From Solirubrobacterales bacterium (GTDB taxonomy: Bacteria > Actinomycetota > Thermoleophilia > Solirubrobacterales > 70-9), in contig DASULS010000008.1 in NCBI GenBank assembly GCA_036278095.1, positions 7,974 to 71,973 of the forward strand: a DNA stretch of 64,000 bases, given 5' to 3'. The position numbers and the translations under genes are program-made. Shown one piece after another: positions 26,892 to 35,838 of this stretch (position 1 is the first letter of the stretch; each line of letters begins with the position of its first letter). The notes under the pieces were generated by a model. The model searched no databases and had not been told where the DNA came from. It saw only the letters and a program-made list of their open reading frames with translations.

Positions 26892-28511
26892 GTGTCTCGC
26901 GCCCAGCGACTGACCCTGATCGCGACGATCCTCGGCTCGACGGTCGTCTTCCTCGACAGCACCGTCGTCAACGTGGCGCTGCCGGCGATCAGCGAAGGGC
27001 TCGACGCCAACCTCGCCGGCCAGCAATGGGTGGTCGAGGCCTACATGCTGACCCTGGTCTCGCTGCTCCTGGTCGGTGGCTCGCTCGGCGACCAGTTCGG
27101 GCGCCGGCGGATGTTCGTGATGGGCCTGATCGGGTTCGGCGCCACCTCGGCGCTCTGCGCGCTCGCCCCCACGGTCGAGTTCCTGATCGCGGCGCGGGCG
27201 CTGCAGGGGATCGCCGGGGCGCTGCTGGTGCCGGGATCGCTGGCGATCGTCGCCGCAACCTTCGAGGGCGAGGCGCGTGGCAAGGCGGTCGGCACCTGGA
27301 CCGCCTGGACCGGGATCGCGACCGTGATCGGCCCGGCCGGCGGCGGCGCCCTGATCGGCCTCACCTCCTGGCGGGCGATCTTCTGGGTCAACCTGCCGCT
27401 GATCGCGGCGACGGTGATGCTGACCCTGCACTCGGTGCAGGAGAGCCGCGACCCCGACGCCTTCCGCGGCATCGACTGGGGCGGGATCGCGCTCTCGGCG
27501 GCGGGTCTCGGCGGCCCGGTCTATGCCCTGATCGAACAGCCGACGAGAGGCTGGAGCGACCCGATGGTCTGGATCCCGCTCCTCGGCGGCGTCGCCTGCT
27601 TCGCCCTCTTCGTCCTCCACGAGGCGCGTGCCCGTCACCCGATGATGGACCTCGGCCTCTTCCGCATCCGCAACTTCGCCGTCGCCAACCTGACCACGCT
27701 CTCCGCCTACGCCGGGCTGATCGGCGGCCTCTTCTTCGTCGGCCTCTTCCTCCAGCAGGTCGCCGGCTACTCGCCGCTGGAGGCGGGGCTGGCGACGACG
27801 CCGATCTCGGTCATCCTCTTCGTCCTCTCGCCGCGCTGGGGGAAACTGGCCTCCGGCACCGGCCCGCGCCTGCCGATGACGCTCGGCCCGATCGTCGGCG
27901 GCTTCGGCCTACTGCTCCTGCTGCGGGTGGGCTCCAGCGCCGACTACGTCACCGACGTGCTGCCGGCGATCCTCGTCTTCGGCCTCGGCCTCTCGGCGAC
28001 GGTGGCGCCGCTGACCGCGACCGTGCTCGACTCGGTCGAGGAACGCCACGTCGGCATCGCCTCGGGGATCAACAACGGCGTCTCCCGTGTCGCCGGCCTG
28101 ATGGCGATCGCCGTCCTCGGCGCCGTCATCTCCGCCCACTTCGGCACGGTCCTCGACTCCAACCTCGGCCAGCAGCCGCTCACCCCGAAGGCCCAGCACG
28201 TCGTCTCCGACGCCAAGGCGCAGCCGCTGGCGGTGCCGGAAACCGGCAAGCTGCCACCTGCCGAAGCGCAACGAGTGACGACCGCCTCCGCCGACGCCGC
28301 CACCTCCGGCTTCCACCTAGGCGTAATCATCGCCGGCCTCCTGATGATCTGCGGCGGCATCGCCTCCGGCTTCGGCATCGAAAACCCCAAGCGGCGAGCA
28401 GCAACCATCCCAGCCGGCGGCAACGCCGCAGCCGGCGAGTGTGGCCACAGCACCGACTGCGACTGCACCCCCCAGCAAGAAAAGGCCAAGGCGACCGCCG
28501 AAACCACCTGA
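26892..28511 (+). CDS. MFS transporter, DHA2 (EmrB/QacA-like, about 14 TM) family
   Basis: GTG start. LDSTVVNVALP and GSLGDQFGRRRMF motifs, with many TM segments. Confidence 0.85.
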   Translation: MSRAQRLTLIATILGSTVVFLDSTVVNVALPAISEGLDANLAGQQWVVEAYMLTLVSLLLVGGSLGDQFGRRRMFVMGLIGFGATSALCALAPTVEFLIAARALQGIAGALLVPGSLAIVAATFEGEARGKAVGTWTAWTGIATVIGPAGGGALIGLTSWRAIFWVNLPLIAATVMLTLHSVQESRDPDAFRGIDWGGIALSAAGLGGPVYALIEQPTRGWSDPMVWIPLLGGVACFALFVLHEARARHPMMDLGLFRIRNFAVANLTTLSAYAGLIGGLFFVGLFLQQVAGYSPLEAGLATTPISVILFVLSPRWGKLASGTGPRLPMTLGPIVGGFGLLLLLRVGSSADYVTDVLPAILVFGLGLSATVAPLTATVLDSVEERHVGIASGINNGVSRVAGLMAIAVLGAVISAHFGTVLDSNLGQQPLTPKAQHVVSDAKAQPLAVPETGKLPPAEAQRVTTASADAATSGFHLGVIIAGLLMICGGIASGFGIENPKRRAATIPAGGNAAAGECGHSTDCDCTPQQEKAKATAETT

Positions 28512-28544
28512 GCTTCACCTGCCCGTCGGCCACTACGTGTTGTA

Positions 28545-28639
28545 GGCCGGGGATTGGAGTCCCTCGAGCGGGCGGATACTCAAAGTGGTGCCCTAATTAG
28601 GGCACCACTTGTCCGAGCGAGGGACTCCAATCCCCGGCC
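28545..28639. repeat. Nested palindrome: 22-bp perfect outer stem enclosing a 28-nt perfect palindrome with a TAATTA core
   Basis: 28545-28566 is the reverse complement of 28618-28639. Inner palindrome AAGTGGTGCCCTAATTAGGGCACCACTT at 28583-28610. Confidence 0.9.
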
Positions 28640-28660
28640 CTCGCATAGTCTCCGACCGGC

Positions 28661-29662
28661 ATGCCCAAACCGATCATCTTCAGCGGCATCCAACCCACCG
28701 GCCGCAAGCACCTCGGCAACTACATAGGCGCCATCCGCCAGTACGTAGAGGGTCAGGACCGCGGCGACCCGGCGATCTTCTGCATCGTCGACCTGCATGC
28801 TCTCTCGGTCCCCTACGACCCGGCCGAACTGCGCGAGCGGATCTACGACACCGCCGCGATCCTGCTCGCCGCCGGCCTCGACCCCGAGCGCTGCATCCTC
28901 TTCCGCCAGTCCGACGTGCGCGAGCACACCGAGCTGACCTGGCTGCTCTCCGCCGTCACCGCCCACGGCGACCTCAACCGCATGCACCAGTTCAAGGAAA
29001 AGGTCGGCAAGGACCGCGAACTCGCCTCGGCGGCGCTCTTCTACTACCCGGTGCTGATGGCCGCCGACGTGCTCGCCTACCGGGCGACCGAGGTGCCGGT
29101 CGGCGACGACCAGCGCCAGCACGTCGAGCTGATGCGGGAGATCGCCCGCCGTTTCAACGCCCGCTTCGGCGAGACGCTGGTGGTGCCGGAGCTGCGCATC
29201 CCCGAGGTCGGGGCGCGGATCATGGACCTGCAGGAGCCGGAGCGGAAGATGTCGACCACCGGCGGCACCGAGCAGGGCACCGTCCTCGTCCTCGACGAGC
29301 CGGGCGCGATCCGCAAGAAGTTCGGCTCGGCCGTCACCGACTCCGGGCGGGAGATCGTCCGCGCTCCCGACAAGCCCGGGATCAGCAACCTGATCGACAT
29401 CCTCGCCGTCGCCCGCGGCAGCGACCAGGCGGCGATCGAAGCCGAGTTCGAGGGCTCCGGCTACGGCGACTTCAAGAAGGCGGTCGCCGAGGCGGTGGTC
29501 GAGTACCTGGCGCCGGTGCGCGAGCGCTACGCGGAGCTGCGCCCGGACGTGGGCGAGCTGGAGCGCGTCTTCGCCGTCGGCGCCGGGAAGGCGAGCGCGA
29601 TCGCCCATCCCATCGTCGGCGAGGTGCGCGAGCGCATGGGCTATCGCGCCGAGCGGGCCTAG
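28661..29662 (+). CDS. trpS: Tryptophan-tRNA ligase
   Basis: SGIQPTGRKHLGNYIGA (HIGH region) and KMSTT (KMSKS region). Confidence 0.95.
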   Translation: MPKPIIFSGIQPTGRKHLGNYIGAIRQYVEGQDRGDPAIFCIVDLHALSVPYDPAELRERIYDTAAILLAAGLDPERCILFRQSDVREHTELTWLLSAVTAHGDLNRMHQFKEKVGKDRELASAALFYYPVLMAADVLAYRATEVPVGDDQRQHVELMREIARRFNARFGETLVVPELRIPEVGARIMDLQEPERKMSTTGGTEQGTVLVLDEPGAIRKKFGSAVTDSGREIVRAPDKPGISNLIDILAVARGSDQAAIEAEFEGSGYGDFKKAVAEAVVEYLAPVRERYAELRPDVGELERVFAVGAGKASAIAHPIVGEVRERMGYRAERA

Positions 29663-29724
29663 AAGCCCCAAATAGCCGACAAAGCGCTCCCGGCCGTCTC
29701 GCCCCGCCTCTAGTCTCCCTGGCG

Positions 29725-30477
29725 ATGGCCGTCGCCGATCTTGACCTGGATCTCGACCTCGACGTCTTTGCGGGTCCCTTCGACCTGCTGATGGCGGTCG
29801 TCCTCCGCGAGGAGGTCAGCCTGCTCGACCTGCAGCTGGGCGAGGTCGTCGTCGCCTACGTCGAGCACCTCGAGCGCGAGGGCGAGCTGGAGCTGGAGGT
29901 GGCGACCGAGTTCCTCGTCCTGATCGCCGCCCTGCTGGAGCTGAAGTCGCGGCTGATGCTGCCCGGCCCCGAGGACGAGCTGGAGGAGATGGGGCCCGAG
30001 GAGGCGGTCGAGGAGCTGATCGCGCGGATGCTCGAGTACCGGCGCTACCGCGACGCCGCCGCCGAGCTGGCGCAGCGCTTCGAGGCCGAGCGCGGCTACC
30101 TCTACCGCTCGGCGCCGCTGCCGCCGCAGCTGCGGCGGGTGGCGGTCGAGGCGGCCACGGCGGTCTACGACCCCGAGCAGCTCGGCGCCGCGCTCGGCGA
30201 CCTGCTGACCGAGCCGCCCGAAGTCGACCTCAGCCACATTCGCCCGACCGTCTCGCTGGAGCGGCGGCTACGGGCGCTGCGCGACGCGCTCGGCCGCCGC
30301 GCCGACTTCGACTTCGACGACGAGTTCGGCGGTGAGGACCGGCTGACGCAGGCAGTCACCGTCTTCGCCCTGCTCGAGCTCTACCGCAAGGGCGAGGTGA
30401 CCTGGGAGCAGGACAAGTGCTTCGGGCCGATCCGGGTCAAGAAGGTCATGCCGACCGCAACGCACAAGAACGGATGA
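29725..30477 (+). CDS. scpA: Segregation and condensation protein A
   Basis: ATG 29725. FAGPFDLLMAVVLREEVSLLD and EFLVLIAALLELKSR blocks. Confidence 0.85.
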   Translation: MAVADLDLDLDLDVFAGPFDLLMAVVLREEVSLLDLQLGEVVVAYVEHLEREGELELEVATEFLVLIAALLELKSRLMLPGPEDELEEMGPEEAVEELIARMLEYRRYRDAAAELAQRFEAERGYLYRSAPLPPQLRRVAVEAATAVYDPEQLGAALGDLLTEPPEVDLSHIRPTVSLERRLRALRDALGRRADFDFDDEFGGEDRLTQAVTVFALLELYRKGEVTWEQDKCFGPIRVKKVMPTATHKNG

Positions 30478-31046
30478 GCGACCTCTCCCGCACCGTCGAG
30501 GCGCTGCTCTTCCTCTCGCCGCAGCCGGTATCCAGTGCCGACCTGGCGGAGGCGACCGAGGCGACCGAGGGCCAGGTCGAAGAGGCGATTGCGCTGCTGC
30601 GCGAGGACCTGGCGGAGGGCAGGCGCGGAGTCGTCCTGCGCGAGGTCGGCGGGGGGTTCACGCTCGCCAGCGACCCGGCCAGCGAGACCGCGGCGCGCCG
30701 CCTGCTGGCGAAGCCGCGGACGCCGCCGCTGACCCAGGCCCAGGCCGAGACGCTCGCGATCGTCGCCTATCTGCAGCCGGTCTCGCGGCCGGAGATCGCC
30801 CGTATCCGCGGCGTCAGCTCCGAGTCGGCGGTGACCAGCCTCGCCGAGCGGGGGCTGATCGAGGAAGCGGGCCGGTCGCGCTTCGGGGCGGCGATCTTCA
30901 AGACCTCGGAGCTGTTCGAGCGGCTCTTCGGGCTCACCGGGCTCGATCAGCTTCCGGATCCGGCGCAGTTCGATCCTTCGCCTGAGGATGAGCGGGAGCT
31001 GCGGGAGCGGTTGCTCAAGGCGGGCGAACAGCGCGCGGAGCCTTAG
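30474..31046 (+). CDS. scpB: Segregation and condensation protein B
   Basis: ATGA overlap with scpA. VEALLFLSPQPVS and LTQAQAETLAIVAYLQPVSRPEI blocks. Confidence 0.85.
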   Translation: MSDLSRTVEALLFLSPQPVSSADLAEATEATEGQVEEAIALLREDLAEGRRGVVLREVGGGFTLASDPASETAARRLLAKPRTPPLTQAQAETLAIVAYLQPVSRPEIARIRGVSSESAVTSLAERGLIEEAGRSRFGAAIFKTSELFERLFGLTGLDQLPDPAQFDPSPEDERELRERLLKAGEQRAEP

Positions 31047-31052
31047 GCGTGG

Positions 31053-31121
31053 GGAGGGTCGGGGGTGACCCCTCCGTCGCAAAAGTCGTGGAGGCTCCTC
31101 CGGGGTCACCCCCGACCCTCC
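31053..31121. repeat. Palindromic element: 20-bp perfect inverted repeat, 29-nt loop
   Basis: GGAGGGTCGGGGGTGACCCC 31053-31072 is the reverse complement of 31102-31121. It ends 4 nt before the rluB GTG. Confidence 0.9.
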
Positions 31122-31125
31122 GCTC

Positions 31126-31818
31126 GTGAGGCTGGCTAAGTTTCTGGCGCATGGGGGGGTGGCTTCTCGGCGGAGGGCTGAGAAGATCATCGGGAAGGGG
31201 TTGGTCACCGTGGGCGGCGAGGTCGTCACCGATCCGGCGCGGAACGTCGAGGAGGGGGACGACGTGCGGGTCAATGGGGAGTCGGTGGGGGCGGAGGTTC
31301 GGGAGGTTTGGGTGGTGAACAAGCCGGCGGGGGTGGTCTCGACGGCGCGGGAGCCTGGGGCGCGGCCGGCTGTGGTCGAGCTGGTGGAGACCGAGGCGCG
31401 GCTATATCCGGTCGGTCGCCTCGACGCCGACAGCACGGGCCTCTTGCTGCTGACCAACGACGGCGAGCTCGCCAACCGGCTCACCCACCCGCGCTACGAA
31501 GTGCCGAAGACCTACCGGGTGCGGCTGCGAGCCCCGCTGGCGGATCGCGACCTGCAACGGCTGCGCGACGGCGTCGAGCTGGACGACGGCCCGACCGCGC
31601 CCGCGCAGGTCAAGCGTCTCGGCGAGCACGAGGTCGAGATCACGATCCGCGAAGGCCGCAACCGCCAGGTCCGGCGGATGGCGGAGGCGGTGGGGAACCG
31701 GGTCTCAGCGCTGCAGCGGATTCGCTTTGGGCCGCTGGAGCTCGGTGGGCTGAAGGAGGGCGCCGCCCGCCGCCTTTCCGAGAACGAGATCGATCGGCTT
31801 CGCCGTGCTGCCGCCTGA
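31126..31818 (+). CDS. rluB: RsuA/RluB-family rRNA pseudouridine synthase
   Basis: S4 domain N-terminus (MRLAKFLAHGGVASRRRAEKII) and catalytic GRLDADSTGLLLLTNDG. Confidence 0.85.
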   Translation: MRLAKFLAHGGVASRRRAEKIIGKGLVTVGGEVVTDPARNVEEGDDVRVNGESVGAEVREVWVVNKPAGVVSTAREPGARPAVVELVETEARLYPVGRLDADSTGLLLLTNDGELANRLTHPRYEVPKTYRVRLRAPLADRDLQRLRDGVELDDGPTAPAQVKRLGEHEVEITIREGRNRQVRRMAEAVGNRVSALQRIRFGPLELGGLKEGAARRLSENEIDRLRRAAA

Positions 31819-31825
31819 GCGAGCC

Positions 31826-31886
31826 GAGCGAGAGCCGCGCTTCCCCTCCCCACCTGCAAGTAGGAGGGGAAACGCGGCTCTCGCTC
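31826..31886. repeat. Palindromic element: 24-nt arms with 23 matches, 13-nt loop, between convergent genes
   Basis: GAGCGAGAGCCGCGCTTCCCCTCC pairs with GGAGGGGAAACGCGGCTCTCGCTC. Confidence 0.85.
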
Positions 31887-31910
31887 TTGCCGCTCGGCGG
31901 AGTCGAGGCT

Positions 31911-32918
31911 TCAGCTGATTCGCGAGGCAATCGCGTCAGCGATGGCGGCCGCTTCTCGTTCCGCCTGCCGATGAGTGACCCGCAAGGTCGTGTAGCCAGC
32001 CCGCATCAGTTCCCGGTCGCGCCAGCGGTCGCGCTCGAAGGCGATGGGGGTGGCGTGGTAGTCGCGGCTGTCGGCCTCCAGGACGAAGCGGCGATCGGGC
32101 CAGAGGAAGTCGACCTCGATGCGGCCGTTGGCGATTTGGACCGGGGCGTTGAGGAGCGGGGTGGGGAGGCTGCGCTGGGTGAGCAGCGGCAGCACCTTCG
32201 CCTCCAGTGGGCTTTTGAGGCGGCCCTTCTTGGCCAGGGGCGCGGCGCGGCGCCATTCTTCGACCAGCGTCAGCAGGGAGCGGATGCCGCGCCGGCCCGG
32301 GTCGATCGACGCCTCGATCGCCGGGATGTCGAGCAGCCGCCGCTGCGCCGCCCGCTCGAAGGCGCTGCGCAGGGTCCAGTCGCCGACGACTCCCGCGAGG
32401 TCGACCAGCGTCCGCGCCGGGCTGGTGCAGGGGATGCCGTCGACGGTCCCGGTCTCCTCCAGGCGCGGCAGTCGCACGCGGTGGAAGCGGATGCCGTCGA
32501 TTCCCCGGCCGCGGTCGCCGGGGGCGATGACGTCGATTACGGCTGGCCCCTTGTCAAGGAGCCGCAGTAGAGCGCCGGCGCTGCGATGAGAGACGACCGC
32601 ACCTTCGCCACAGGCAAGAGTCGCGGCCCGCAACCGTCCCAGTTCCCTTACGTTCGGATGACCCAGGGAGTAAACGCCGCGGAAGATGCGATGCAGTCGC
32701 CCGTCCTCATTGGCGCGGTGGATGGCGCTCCTGCTCATTCCGAGGCCAAGTAGTTGGGAGCGCGAGACAACGCCATGCTGGCCGGCCGCCAAGGCCGCCA
32801 GTTCCCGTCCAAGATCAATGTGACTTTTGCTCGCTATGCGGATATAAGTCCCACCGCTGTGAAGTTCGCCCCCCCTTTGTCTGGGAAGATGGAGGGGCGT
32901 GACCCAAAACGGGAGCAA
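31911..32918 (-). CDS. AbiEi-like wHTH + DUF559 (Vsr-like endonuclease fold) protein, paralogue 1
   Basis: QHGVVSRSQLLGLG, GRLHRIFRGVY and EVDFLWPDRRFVLEADSRDYH blocks. The only canonical start is TTG 32918. An ATA (32837-32835) sits where the paralogues have ATG. Confidence 0.7.
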   Translation of the reverse strand: MLPFWVTPLHLPRQRGGELHSGGTYIRIASKSHIDLGRELAALAAGQHGVVSRSQLLGLGMSRSAIHRANEDGRLHRIFRGVYSLGHPNVRELGRLRAATLACGEGAVVSHRSAGALLRLLDKGPAVIDVIAPGDRGRGIDGIRFHRVRLPRLEETGTVDGIPCTSPARTLVDLAGVVGDWTLRSAFERAAQRRLLDIPAIEASIDPGRRGIRSLLTLVEEWRRAAPLAKKGRLKSPLEAKVLPLLTQRSLPTPLLNAPVQIANGRIEVDFLWPDRRFVLEADSRDYHATPIAFERDRWRDRELMRAGYTTLRVTHRQAEREAAAIADAIASRIS

Positions 32919-33321
32919 CGGAAACCTGGAGCGCGGCTCCTATCAGCCACCCACGCAGCGCCTCTTCGCGGTGCGCGGTGCTGTGCAGGCGGAGACGAAC
33001 ACGGCGGAGGCGATCCTGGCGGCGACCGGGGAGCTGATGCGGGAGCTGATCGGGCGCAACGGGCTGGAGCCGGAGGCGATGGTCAGCTGCCTGTTCACGA
33101 CGACCGACGACCTCGACGCCGAGTTCCCGGCGGTGGCCGCCCGGGACCTGGGGCTGACAGCGGTGCCGCTGATGTGCTGTCGGGAGATCCCCGTCCCCGG
33201 CTCGATGCCGCGGGTGATCCGGGTGATGCTGCACTTCTACGCGTCCGAGGCGCACGAGCCCGAGCACGTCTACGTCGGCGAGGCGCAGAAGCTGCGGACC
33301 GACCTGCACGCCGCCCAGTAG
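32899..33321 (+). CDS. aroH: AroH-type chorismate mutase
   Basis: LFAVRGAVQAETNTAEAI and CCREIPVPGSMPRVIRVMLH blocks. GTG 32899, with a 20-nt divergent overlap with the TTG-started DUF559 ORF. Confidence 0.8.
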   Translation: MTQNGSNGNLERGSYQPPTQRLFAVRGAVQAETNTAEAILAATGELMRELIGRNGLEPEAMVSCLFTTTDDLDAEFPAVAARDLGLTAVPLMCCREIPVPGSMPRVIRVMLHFYASEAHEPEHVYVGEAQKLRTDLHAAQ

Positions 33322-33354
33322 CGGCGCCGGGCATCCGTCCGTCACAATCGCGCC

Positions 33355-34449
33355 ATGACGATCACCTTCGCGGAGAAGCTCGCCCGCATGCCCGGCTACC
33401 AGGCCGGGGTGCCGACCGGCCAGGCGCCGGAGGCGATCGCCTCGGGCAACATCGCCCAGCTCGCCTCCAACGAGTCGCCGTTCCCGCCCCACTCGCAGGT
33501 GGTCGAGGCGATCGCCAAGGCGGCCGGGGCGATGCACCGCTACCCCGACCCCGACGCGACGCTGCTGCGCCGGCGCCTCGCCGAGCGCTACGAGACCGAG
33601 CCCGGCCGGGTCGCCGTCGGCAACGGCTCCTGCGAGCTGCTGCTCGCCGCCGCCGATGCGCTCTGCGAGCCCGGCGCCGAGATCGTCTACGCCTGGCCGG
33701 CCTTCTCGATGTACCCGTACCTGCCGGCGCTGACCGGCGCCCGCGAGGTCCGCGTGCCGCTGGCCGAGGGCGAAGTCCACGACCTCGACGCGATGGCGGC
33801 CGAGGTGACGGCGGCAACCCAGCTGCTGATCGTCTGCAACCCCAACAACCCGACCGCGACCCACATCCCCGCCGCCGAGATCGGCGCCTTCTGCGAGCGC
33901 ATTCCCTCGCACGTCACCGTCATCCTCGACGAGGCCTACGTCGAGTTCCAGACCCACGACGACCCCGACGCCACGCTCGACCTGCTCGACGACTTCCCCA
34001 ACCTGGTCGTCCTGCGCACCTTCAGCAAGTGCTACGGCCTCGCCGGCCTGCGGGTCGGCTACGGGATCGGCTCCGCCAACTTCCGCGCCGCCGTCGACGC
34101 CGTCCGCCAGCCCTTCAGCGTCAACGCCCTCGCCCAGGCGGCCGGGGCGGAGGCGATCCTGCACCAGGACGACGTCCTGCGCCGGGTCGAGAGCACGATC
34201 GCGGCCCGGCTCACCGTCGAGGAGGGGCTGCGCGCGCTCGGGCTGGAGACCACCGACACCCACGCCAACTTCTCCTGGATCGATCTCGGCGACGCCGACG
34301 AAGCCGAGGTCCTCGCCGGCCTCGCCGCGCAGGAGATCGCCGTCCGTCCCGGCAAGGCCCTCGGCGGTCCCGGCCGCATCCGCGTCAGCTACGGCACCGC
34401 CGAGGAGAACGAGCGCTTCCTGCGCGTATTGTCGGAATTACTTGACTAA
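33355..34449 (+). CDS. hisC: Histidinol-phosphate/aromatic aminotransferase (class II)
   Basis: LASNESPFPP, CNPNNPT and PLP-lysine context RTFSKCYGLAGLRVGY. Confidence 0.85.
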   Translation: MTITFAEKLARMPGYQAGVPTGQAPEAIASGNIAQLASNESPFPPHSQVVEAIAKAAGAMHRYPDPDATLLRRRLAERYETEPGRVAVGNGSCELLLAAADALCEPGAEIVYAWPAFSMYPYLPALTGAREVRVPLAEGEVHDLDAMAAEVTAATQLLIVCNPNNPTATHIPAAEIGAFCERIPSHVTVILDEAYVEFQTHDDPDATLDLLDDFPNLVVLRTFSKCYGLAGLRVGYGIGSANFRAAVDAVRQPFSVNALAQAAGAEAILHQDDVLRRVESTIAARLTVEEGLRALGLETTDTHANFSWIDLGDADEAEVLAGLAAQEIAVRPGKALGGPGRIRVSYGTAEENERFLRVLSELLD

Positions 34450-34466
34450 TCGCCGCGCCGTGGTAG

Positions 34467-34487
34467 AACCTCACACACAGTGAGGTT
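34467..34487 (+). terminator. Small hairpin after hisC (8-bp stem, 5-nt loop)
   Basis: AACCTCAC-ACACA-GTGAGGTT, with no clear U-tract. Confidence 0.35.
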
Positions 34488-34724
34488 GGACAAAGCCACA
34501 TCCGCGAACGGCCATAGAGCGCTCGGCGCCGCCGTCGTGCCTGGCTTCCTCACCTATTGGCGATTTAGCTAGGCGTCTGGCCCGGCGGCTGCGCGCCGCC
34601 GAAGACCGAGATCTTCCGGCCGGGCGCCATTTCGCATTCGTGTCGCGCTCGTGCGCCGCACCGAACCTGGCAACGAGCAACCAGAAAGTACGATTTCAGC
34701 GGTTTGGAGAAAGGCAAAGGCAAA

Positions 34725-35807
34725 ATGTTCATCGGGATGGAGGGGGCGAAACGAGACGGCGTCCGCGACCAGCGGATCGCCAAAGTGGTCGAGCTGGTGC
34801 CGCCGGCGCGGCTGCTGGACGAGCTGCCGCTCGGCGAGGCGCGGGCGAAAGCGGTGATCGAGGGCCGCGAAGAAGTCCGCGAAGTGCTGCAGGGCAAGGA
34901 CCAGCGGCTGATGGTCGTGGTCGGCCCCTGCAGCGTGCACGACCCAAAAGCGGCGATGGAGTACGCGACCAGGCTGGGCGCGCTGGCAAACGAGCTGCGC
35001 GAGGACCTGCTGGTGGTGATGCGGGTCTACTTCGAGAAGCCGCGGACGACGACCGGCTGGAAGGGCCTGATCAACGACCCGCACCTGGACGAAAGCGGTG
35101 ACGTCAACGCCGGCCTGCGGATCGCCCGCAAGCTGCTGACCGAAGTGCTCGACGCCGGCCTGCCGATCGGCTGCGAGTTCCTCGACCCGATCACGCCGCA
35201 GTACATCGCCGACTGCGTCGCCTGGGGGGCGATCGGGGCGCGCACCTCGGAGAGCCAGACGCACCGCCAGCTCGCCTCCGGCCTCTCGATGCCGATCGGG
35301 TTCAAGAACCGGACCGACGGCAACATCCAGATCGCGGTCGACGCGGTGCGGGCGGCGGCGGCCTCGCACGCCTTCGCCGGCATCGACGACGCCGGCATGC
35401 CGGCGATCCTGCACACGACCGGCAACCCCGACTGCCACATCATTCTCCGCGGCGGCCACGGGGTCCCCAACTACCACCCGCCCGAGGTCGAGGACGCGCT
35501 GGTCACGCTCGGCGTCGCCGGGCTGCCGGAGCGGCTGGTGATCGACGCCTCCCACGACAACAGCGGCAAGGACCCCGAAAAGCAGTTCTTCGCCGCCGGC
35601 GACATCGCCGACCAGATCGCCGACGGCAGCAAGGCGATCGTCGGGGTGATGCTGGAGTCGTTCCTGGTCGAGGGGCGCCAGAACCTGGCGCCGGGCGAGC
35701 CGCTCGTCTACGGCCAGTCGATCACCGACGCCTGCATCAGCTGGGAGGACACCGTCACCGCGCTGGAACGCTTCGCCGCCGCGGTGGAGGCGCGACGCGG
35801 GATATAG
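34725..35807 (+). CDS. aroG: Class I (AroF/G/H-type) DAHP synthase
   Basis: VVVGPCSVHDP and RVYFEKPRTTTGWKGLINDP motifs. The start is uncertain (TTG 34704, ATG 34725 or ATG 34737). Confidence 0.9.
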   Translation: MFIGMEGAKRDGVRDQRIAKVVELVPPARLLDELPLGEARAKAVIEGREEVREVLQGKDQRLMVVVGPCSVHDPKAAMEYATRLGALANELREDLLVVMRVYFEKPRTTTGWKGLINDPHLDESGDVNAGLRIARKLLTEVLDAGLPIGCEFLDPITPQYIADCVAWGAIGARTSESQTHRQLASGLSMPIGFKNRTDGNIQIAVDAVRAAAASHAFAGIDDAGMPAILHTTGNPDCHIILRGGHGVPNYHPPEVEDALVTLGVAGLPERLVIDASHDNSGKDPEKQFFAAGDIADQIADGSKAIVGVMLESFLVEGRQNLAPGEPLVYGQSITDACISWEDTVTALERFAAAVEARRGI

Positions 35808-35838
35808 CGGCGTACGCCGCCCGTATGCTGGCGGCGTC

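Noticed and set aside
29725-29775. Short tandem GAYCTS repeats at the scpA start (the DLDLDLDLD peptide)
   Set aside because: This is a simple in-frame acidic low-complexity N-terminus. It shows no sign of a structured repeat element.
34651-34857. Trp-containing 68-aa ORF as a possible leader peptide for DAHP synthase attenuation
   Set aside because: It is out of frame with the aroG coding region and largely overlaps it. Its composition is typical of a GC-rich shadow frame, and there is no tandem aromatic codon run near a terminator.
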